A stretch of 64,000 nucleotides of DNA, taken from the NCBI GenBank assembly GCA_964019335.1, contig OZ025724.1, positions 1 through 64,000 on the forward strand. The letters run 5' to 3'. The position numbers were made by a program, and so were the translations under genes. Origin of the DNA: Diplonema japonicum. Its lineage: Eukaryota > Protista > Euglenozoa: Diplonemea. The notes beneath the pieces are model-generated. The model searched no databases, was not told where the DNA came from, and saw only the letters and a program-made list of their open reading frames with translations. Shown here piece by piece: positions 57,215 to 64,000 of the stretch. Numbering within the stretch: the stretch's first letter is position 1; each line of letters starts with the position of its first letter.

Positions 57215-59506
57215 TTACCGTTTCACAACAAGATCGGTAGACAGGGCTACCTTGTAACTCGACAGCTGCTTCCCTCGTTTAATATGCTCCTCCAGCCGTT
57301 TGATCAGCCTCAGCGCAGGATAATACCCCCTTGCTAGATCCAAGAAAATAACCTCCTTCACCACATCGATGGGTTTGTTCGCTTCAACCTCTTCCCATAA
57401 ATGGATATAAACTTCATAAATCGATTCCTGATTTGCACCCTGAGACAGAGACAACACAGCACTGTTAACGGCCGACAAGGCGAAGACTAAAGAGGGGGTA
57501 GGAGAGATGGAAGTAACCACTCGGTCGATGGCACGAAGCGAAGCTTCACCGAGGGATGCTGACGCGGTAGGCTGGCTGACGATTGCGTCGCAAGACCGGC
57601 TCTCACAGAGAAGGCTCAGCATTCTTGCTTCATGACACAAACCTCCAACTACCGCGTGTGTTCTTATATTGACCCCTCCAAGGTTGCCCATACACGAAGC
57701 ACCCGACGTCCCTCCAGCGGTCATAAGCAAGGAAGTGAACCCAGCGTTTTCCTTGATATTTAGTATCATGTTGTGCATAAACTGCACTCCTCGTTTTTCA
57801 TGCCCGGTGTCGACCCCCACATTTGTGAAGGTGGTAATAATCTGATCCTCAGAGTAAGCGTGCACCACACCTTTGCACCTGCCCGAAACGGATGTTAACA
57901 CGGAGAACCATTGTACGCTCTGCGTCACCAACGCTGTTGTGTCGCGCGTCTCCTCTGCTATTTGAAGCATTTCCTTGTGCTGTATAGAGGTGGATACAAC
58001 GGTCAGCCTTTGCAAGGCCAGGCCGGGTGCGAGTAATTTAAAACGTGGTGAAACGGTTTCTTTCTCGAAGTTTGGGGCGGTTTGCGCCATGTTCTTATCG
58101 GGCAGCTTCTCACTGAACGCGGTACTGGTCCGCTCCGGAAGAAACGCCACGATGATACTCAAATTGTGCTTAACGATCGACGCCGACCGTTGCAGCCCGC
58201 GCAGCTCTGAGAAAAAAGAAGGCGGCGACGGTTGGTGCGAGAGATCCAACGACGCCAGTTTGATCAAAGCGTCTGTCACATCTTGCAACGAGTTCATGAC
58301 GATAGACAACACAATGAAAACAGCGCCCACCCACACAAGGAGGATCACCACTGCAGAGATCACTGCTACACGCATCGCGTAGTCGGCCTCGTGCAAGACG
58401 TTCGACACAGGGACAAAGACGAAAGAGTACCACTTCAGGTTGTTCGACTGCAGCGTGCTCTTCATGACGTAACACGACGTCCCGTCTAAGGATGCGACCA
58501 CCACCTCACGCTCTTCCAGAGTGTCCTGTATCTTGAGCAGGTCTGCTGTCGTCTGCGAGTACTCGTCCATCGTTATCAAGGTGTTGTTCTCCGACACATC
58601 TCTGTCCATTGTAGACGCCACTACCGTGTTCGTCTCTGATGCCACAACGCTCGACAAGCCCTGCCCGGACTGCAAGGTCACCCTGTCTAAAATACTTGAA
58701 ACGTGTGATAGTGCGACAACAACACCCGTAACCCCGAGGAAAACATTATTAAAATCATGGATGCCGGAGGTCACCATTGTTGAAAGCTTGCCTTGGTCCT
58801 TTGTCGTGTAGACCGGCGACCAATGCACCACGCCAGGCTCACGTTCTCCAATGTACCACGGTCGTTTCGTGCAGTCGTACTTTGATTGCGTCGCATTGCA
58901 GTTCTTCGCGAGGAGAGACGGCGTGGACCACGAGCAGTCGAGATGGTCGGAATGCCCCGACTCAGCACGGGGTGTACCGTTGTAAGGCATCAACCAACCC
59001 CCTACATTCTGGGAGTCGAAGATGGTGTAAGCGTCAACATATGACCCGACCGCAAAGCACGTTGACATAATAGAGTAGTTATAGTACGAGCTGAACATGT
59101 TGTTGAGGAACATGTCCCGCCACCATTGTTGGTCGTCGGGTTCTTGCAGCCACGACGAGTTCAATCTGTTCCCGCCCCGTGCGATCCACATTTTCTTCCA
59201 GGAGTGCATGATAGTTACCGCGCTCTCTAAATAGGTAGAGACCTCCAGGTGGATGGTGTGGCTTGTCCCGTTCATGTGTTCCCTCCCGAGGCGTGAGGAG
59301 AGGTCATTGAACTCCTTCGCGGTGAAAGAAATACACGCGGCACTGCATGATATTATCGCAAAGGTGAAGATCACCACGATCAGCATCTTAAGGCGGATAT
59401 AGCCCTTGAACAATGGGGCTCTTCCCTCTTCCGGGACGTCGGTTGCGAGGCCATCCGATATCGGAATCGCTTGTTGATGCGGTTCTATGGGATCGAAGGC
59501 ATTCAT
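57215..59506 (-). CDS. Cache-domain receptor with a degenerate class III cyclase domain
   Basis: TM1, extracellular region with YDCTKRPWY..WSPVY..GVTGV (Cache-like), TM2, HAMP-like S.FSEL..LQ, then a cyclase-like fold (GNLGG..HAVVG) without canonical catalytic residues. Confidence 0.78.
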   Translation of the reverse strand: MNAFDPIEPHQQAIPISDGLATDVPEEGRAPLFKGYIRLKMLIVVIFTFAIISCSAACISFTAKEFNDLSSRLGREHMNGTSHTIHLEVSTYLESAVTIMHSWKKMWIARGGNRLNSSWLQEPDDQQWWRDMFLNNMFSSYYNYSIMSTCFAVGSYVDAYTIFDSQNVGGWLMPYNGTPRAESGHSDHLDCSWSTPSLLAKNCNATQSKYDCTKRPWYIGEREPGVVHWSPVYTTKDQGKLSTMVTSGIHDFNNVFLGVTGVVVALSHVSSILDRVTLQSGQGLSSVVASETNTVVASTMDRDVSENNTLITMDEYSQTTADLLKIQDTLEEREVVVASLDGTSCYVMKSTLQSNNLKWYSFVFVPVSNVLHEADYAMRVAVISAVVILLVWVGAVFIVLSIVMNSLQDVTDALIKLASLDLSHQPSPPSFFSELRGLQRSASIVKHNLSIIVAFLPERTSTAFSEKLPDKNMAQTAPNFEKETVSPRFKLLAPGLALQRLTVVSTSIQHKEMLQIAEETRDTTALVTQSVQWFSVLTSVSGRCKGVVHAYSEDQIITTFTNVGVDTGHEKRGVQFMHNMILNIKENAGFTSLLMTAGGTSGASCMGNLGGVNIRTHAVVGGLCHEARMLSLLCESRSCDAIVSQPTASASLGEASLRAIDRVVTSISPTPSLVFALSAVNSAVLSLSQGANQESIYEVYIHLWEEVEANKPIDVVKEVIFLDLARGYYPALRLIKRLEEHIKRGKQLSSYKVALSTDLVVKR

Positions 59507-59584
59507 ATGCCCCCTCCCCCCCCCTCCTGTGGTTTAAGGTTAAGAACCAACGTAAATAATATTAACACACTTTTTTTTTTCATT

Positions 59585-60229
59585 TCACTCTTTTTTTTGG
59601 CTGTCAATCATGGCCTTCATCGCGTGTCCCTCTTGGGTTTCCGATGACATTGTAATGTTGGGCCTCGCTGTTTCCGCGCTGCCTTCTCCGGTTTCTATTA
59701 GTTTCAACGCAATGGAGAACCGGTCATCCCCGTTAAAAAAACCAAGCACGTCCTTTTCACAGCCCGCGCATGTTAGCAGCGTGACTGGGGAGCCTCTAAG
59801 GAAGGTAAGGGGAACCTCGGTCATGGGAGGGCAGTGCTCACGTATCTGGTCACAGTGAGAAATAAGCATATCGCCTATAGAATGTAGTGTCATGCCGATG
59901 ACTGAGTGAATGCCAGAAGCTTCAGCAGCGCCGCCTTCGACAAGTCCTTCAAGAAGCATGTCATCATCATCCATGAACTGCGTGCCAAGGCTCTCGCCTT
60001 CCTTCTTCTTTATGGTGACGTGGACCTTTTCCCTCATATGGCCGCGTAGAGAAGCGATGTTCTCGAAGCTCATCTTATCCCTGACGTCGAGCCATTCCAT
60101 GAACCCGGGGTTCATCTCGCCTTCTTGGTTCAAAGGCAGGACCCTCATCTCCGTAACGCAAGCAGCAGCGTTCGGCTTAAAGATTGTTGTTTTGCAGTGG
60201 GAGCATATTACGGGGTGCTCGTTTAGCAT
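59585..60229 (-). CDS. Mss4/RABIF-like Rab-binding zinc protein with an inserted PDZ-like domain
   Basis: N...ICSHC...IF, W..V.DKMSFENI and LTCAGCEKDVLGF flank VTIKKKEGESLG...LVEGGAAEASG (PDZ-like). Confidence 0.72.
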   Translation of the reverse strand: MLNEHPVICSHCKTTIFKPNAAACVTEMRVLPLNQEGEMNPGFMEWLDVRDKMSFENIASLRGHMREKVHVTIKKKEGESLGTQFMDDDDMLLEGLVEGGAAEASGIHSVIGMTLHSIGDMLISHCDQIREHCPPMTEVPLTFLRGSPVTLLTCAGCEKDVLGFFNGDDRFSIALKLIETGEGSAETARPNITMSSETQEGHAMKAMIDSQKKE

Positions 60230-60301
60230 TTTTTTTTTCTTTTCCTTTTTGGGTATTTTATGAGTTTTCTTTTTTTTTTTCCTTCTAAAAACCTTCTTTT
60301 T

Positions 60302-60763
60302 CTACTTTAGCTTTTTTTTTTTGTTTTTCTTCTGGGCCCGTTTGATTCTGTCAAGTCTGCTTTCTTTTACAGGCTCGGTCTCTGTTTTGAACTCATCGTC
60401 GTGCTCTTCTTTCCCGTCTTCCTCTACTCGGTTTCTGTCTTCAAGAACCTCTCGTGATTTCATTAAGGTTCGTTCCGGGCTCTCTGAACATTTGTCATTC
60501 ACCCATTTTCTGTTGAAATCGCGTTGCGTTGGTGGGGGGCTAGGCGATCGTGGCCGTGGGGGCGAAAATGTGTCGGACACTTTGTCTTGGCTTTCCTCTT
60601 CTTGAACTTCCCTTCTCCCTTGTCTTGTTGCCATTTCCTCCCATATTTTGTTATTTTCACGCTCTTCTGTGTCCGCTGAATTGCTCCTGCTCTCCTCATG
60701 CTGGGCCTCGTACCTCCTTTTACGTTTCTCTCGTTCCTTCAACCAGCCATCTGAGCTGTTCAT
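60302..60763 (-). CDS. Charged, low-complexity hypothetical protein (possibly nuclear)
   Basis: Likely start MNSSDGW at 60763; K/R/E-rich with basic clusters. Confidence 0.6.
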   Translation of the reverse strand: MNSSDGWLKEREKRKRRYEAQHEESRSNSADTEERENNKIWEEMATRQGRREVQEEESQDKVSDTFSPPRPRSPSPPPTQRDFNRKWVNDKCSESPERTLMKSREVLEDRNRVEEDGKEEHDDEFKTETEPVKESRLDRIKRAQKKNKKKKLK

Positions 60764-61526
60764 ATCCTGTTTATTACCTTTAATTCTTTTTTTCGTTTCG
60801 GGAACTGAAGGGGGGGGGGGGAAACTAAGTAAATCTTTTTTTTTAAAGGAAAGAATGAAGAAAAAAAAAAACGAGGAAGAATAGGGGGGAGGGGGGGAAA
60901 AAAATAAAAGACAGGGAAAGACCGAAGGGTGGGGAGAGGGGAAACGAAACAGAAAAAAGAAGGGGGGGGGAAGAAAAGGAACGAACACCCTTCATGACAT
61001 TCTGCTTTTTGCAAACGAGTCTTTGACTTGTCTAAACAAAAGGGGAATGTTGGCAAAGTGTTTCGGGTTTACAAACTTTCTCGAGGTTTTACCCGGCACG
61101 TACAAACAACGGCCAGTTCCTGTTTTAACTGTTGCTACCCTTTCGCGTTGTTTTTACCAGTTTTCTTTTGTTGCTAATGTCACGTTTTTTTTTTTTTTTC
61201 CCTTTTCTTTTAAGTCCTTTTCTAAACAAAATGTAAAAAAAAAAAAAAAAAAAAAAAAAGAAATAAAAAAAGAAAAAGGGGGTGGGAAAGAGGAAGCAGA
61301 AGTAATGTCTTTTTCTTTTTTTTCTTCTTCTTCGTCTCGCCCCCAGTTTCCTTTTTGTTTCTCTTTTTTTTTCATTCTTTTGCTTGTTTTTTTTTTCTTT
61401 TTTTTTTTTTCCTTGCTTACTAATACAGAGGGGAGGGAGGGAGGGAGGGGCGAAAAAAAAACAAGAAGCAAAAACGAGTGGGGTGAGCGAAACACAGAAG
61501 ATAAAAAAAAAACTTTTTGTTTTGCC

Positions 61527-61557
<31 letters not shown>

Positions 61558-61650
61558 AAGCACACTTTACCGGCAAGAGAGAAAAGGGGGTGAAATGGAA
61601 AACAAAAAAAAAAACAAAAAAAAAAAACACACTTTTTTTATTTTTATTTT

Positions 61651-62566
61651 TTATTTCAACACCTGTGTATAGATGACACCCATCACACCAAGGAGCATTA
61701 TGAAACAGATAACATAGCAGCACAAGTTCGATTTGTTGACATCCCTGAGAGTTCCCTTGAGCTTTTTATTCAGGGACCTCAGCTCCATTGCACGCTGCGC
61801 GGCCTTCTCGTTAACCTGGTCCAACAGGGCATTCTGAGCCACAAGCTCATCTTGAAAGCTAACGGCATTCTGCTTGAGCCGTTGCAGCGAGGCGTGGACC
61901 CGTTCAAGTGCCTGGTCTATCTTAAGATCACGCTCCTTCGACTGCTCATAGAACACCATGAACTCTTCATCTTCGGCAGGATCAAGCAAAGGTCCATTGG
62001 CTACAGGGTCATGAGGTGTTAACTCTTGAATACTATCCCCAGCGTTGCCACCCCCCATCAGCGGGGTATTTTCGTCAGTACAATCGTCCTGGAGAAATCG
62101 CTTATCAGTATACCGTTGTTTCCACATTCTGAGGGTTTTTTTTTTTTTTTTTTTTTTTTTTTTCCCCCCCATACTTTTCGGTCGCTTTGAAGTGTTTCCT
62201 CAGTTTTGCGAGTTCGTTGTTTTTGCCCTCTTTTTTCGCTGCACCGACGGTCTCTTGTGCGTTCATCGTCTTTTTGATCTCTGCCAGATTCCTCCTTACC
62301 CTGTTCTTCATCATAATCTTGGTGGTGTCGCTCAATTTCGCAGACTTGTCCTTGTCGTCCAGGATGGAGATGTCGTTGCGGACCTCCGACATGAGGTCGG
62401 CGCATTGGTACTGCTTCTTCTCGTACCCTGTCATCCTGCTAGTGTCGATGTTTGACTTCGACCCCTTTGCGGCTGCTATCTCCTCGTCCTCCACCCCCAC
62501 AGCGTCGGCTACCTTCCTCAGCTGTTTCATCGAATTGTGTAGCGCGTTTGACCATGGATCACCCAT
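61651..62566 (-). CDS. Qc-SNARE/syntaxin (SYP7-like), two exons: 62175-62566 and 61651-62128
   Basis: Removing the GT..AG intron 62129-62174 fuses the two ORFs in frame (..KATEK-MWKQRY..). SNARE coil with QN.LLD and a C-terminal TM anchor. Confidence 0.85.
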
Positions 62567-62755
62567 TTTATTTATTTATTTTTTTATATATATATATATT
62601 TTTTTTTTGAATTTCTTTTTTTTTTTCCCTCCCCCACCCCTCGCCCGCCCTCTTTTTTTTTTTTTTTTTTTTTTTCCGGAGGGGGAACAAAAAAAAAATG
62701 AAAGGAATTGCACACTTATAATTCAAAAAAAAAAAAAAAAAAAATAAGAAGAAAT

Positions 62756-64000
62756 TCACTTCTCGAGTTTTTTACGGATCGCGTCCTGCAGCCTCCCGCC
62801 TGCCAGCGGAACGAGCTTATCGAGCTGCACGTCCTCCCCGAAACAGTCCTCGAGGTAGGACACCAGCAACGCATCTGTTTCTTCCATCGACTTCAACAAA
62901 TCGACGACCACAGCACAGTTCTGAGGAAGCACGGTGTAGTGGTACCCTGTGGTATAAAGCGACAGCGAGAGGGCAAGAATGTGCCGTGTAGCACACAGGG
63001 TCGGGGGCAAGACGGGAAGATACCGAGCAGCCTCGAGCAAGGTGTGCGGCTTCAGATCCTTGAGCTCACGGGGCTTAGCAATGCGGAGAAAAATCCCAAG
63101 CGAGTCCTTAAGCTTCTCAGCAGTTTGTATAAACACGCTAGGTGACGGTGTGCTGACTGTCATGGCAAGCAAAGCCTGCAAAGGAAGCCGGTGGACGGTC
63201 GACAGCCGTTTCAAGGATTCGGAAATATCAGAGATTACAGGAAGCTCATGATGAACAACAGGTAGGACAGTGTCGCCACCACTTTGCAAGGCGAGGTTTA
63301 AGCAGCTTTTCGCAAACTGCACACATGTCACGTGCAGAACACCTGCCTCGACCTCGGTAAGCATAACACTGTCAGGGAGGTAAAATGATGATGTAACACT
63401 TGCAGCCTCCAACTGCAGCGTGTTCCAAAAGTACCTTGCTGTGTTCTCGAGAGCTTGCTGGGTTTTTAACGTGCTGTGTTCACTTTCCGTGTCGAGGTCC
63501 GCAACAAGCCTCACATACACCCTGTCTATCCTGTCCTCGATCAAACCCCAGATATCCTGCAAAAACGCCTCTTTATCCATCATGTCGTCCTCATCGTCCT
63601 CATGACCATCCACAACAAACACCCCATGCCATATCCTGTCGAGGATGGTTGGTTTATCCGGTTTTATAACAGGTGTTGCCGATGTGGTGTCTCTTTTACT
63701 GGATTTTCTTTTTGTGGAGTGTGTTGGCTTTCGGGTGGTGGTGGTGGAAGCGGTGGATGTTCTGCGTGCGTCCTTCACATCGCGTGGAGCGTGAGCTTCA
63801 ACTATGTCGAGGCATTTTCTGAGGGCTTTCTTTGCAACAAAACACCCGCTGGTGTCGAGTAGTACTACATCGTCTCTTGTTGCCTTTGGAAGCTTTGTTT
63901 CAAGCAGTTTACCTATTTCAGCGTTGTCATTGGCTGTGAAGCAAGCGGGCACTACTGACGCGAAGTCGGAGTACATCGCATCGCTCTCCGAAAAGTCCTC
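62756..64000 (-). CDS. Probable E3 UFM1-protein ligase 1-like protein, 3' part (runs off the window end)
   Basis: Frame is open to 64000. DFASVVPACFTAND..., a basic low-complexity linker and the helical C-terminus resemble UFL1 as I recall it; weak similarity. Confidence 0.45.
   Translation of the reverse strand, partial: EDFSESDAMYSDFASVVPACFTANDNAEIGKLLETKLPKATRDDVVLLDTSGCFVAKKALRKCLDIVEAHAPRDVKDARRTSTASTTTTRKPTHSTKRKSSKRDTTSATPVIKPDKPTILDRIWHGVFVVDGHEDDEDDMMDKEAFLQDIWGLIEDRIDRVYVRLVADLDTESEHSTLKTQQALENTARYFWNTLQLEAASVTSSFYLPDSVMLTEVEAGVLHVTCVQFAKSCLNLALQSGGDTVLPVVHHELPVISDISESLKRLSTVHRLPLQALLAMTVSTPSPSVFIQTAEKLKDSLGIFLRIAKPRELKDLKPHTLLEAARYLPVLPPTLCATRHILALSLSLYTTGYHYTVLPQNCAVVVDLLKSMEETDALLVSYLEDCFGEDVQLDKLVPLAGGRLQDAIRKKLEK

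Overview
Eukaryotic nuclear DNA, most likely from a diplonemid (Euglenozoa). The evidence is a near-complete diplonemid-type 39-nt spliced leader (SL) at 28707-28745, about 20 mostly intronless host genes all on the minus strand (a directional, probably polycistronic cluster), and intergenic DNA dominated by long A/T/G/C homopolymers. Host genes include an RBBP9-like hydrolase, two receptor adenylate cyclase-like proteins, a CAP protein, a sulfatase, a UGA-containing SelM/Sep15-type selenoprotein, AOAH, a DUF1749 hydrolase, a PDZ-interrupted Mss4, an intron-containing SNARE and a probable UFL1. There are two expanded families: ubiquitin-like + BspA-type LRR + CaaX proteins (4 copies) and small Cys-rich single-pass membrane proteins (5 copies). 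Mobile DNA comprises deleted piggyBac and hAT elements with recognisable TIRs and many co-oriented non-LTR retrotransposon relics. The main candidate novel system is a full-length non-LTR retrotransposon (about 21910-28745, minus strand). It begins with a genomic SL copy that base-pairs with the element's own 5' UTR and encodes an ORF1 with a catalytically dead OTU domain. ORF1 is joined to ORF2 by one in-frame UGA followed by a 2A-like peptide, and the element, like its relics, ends in T-tracts rather than poly(A). All calls were made by eye; no database searches were run.
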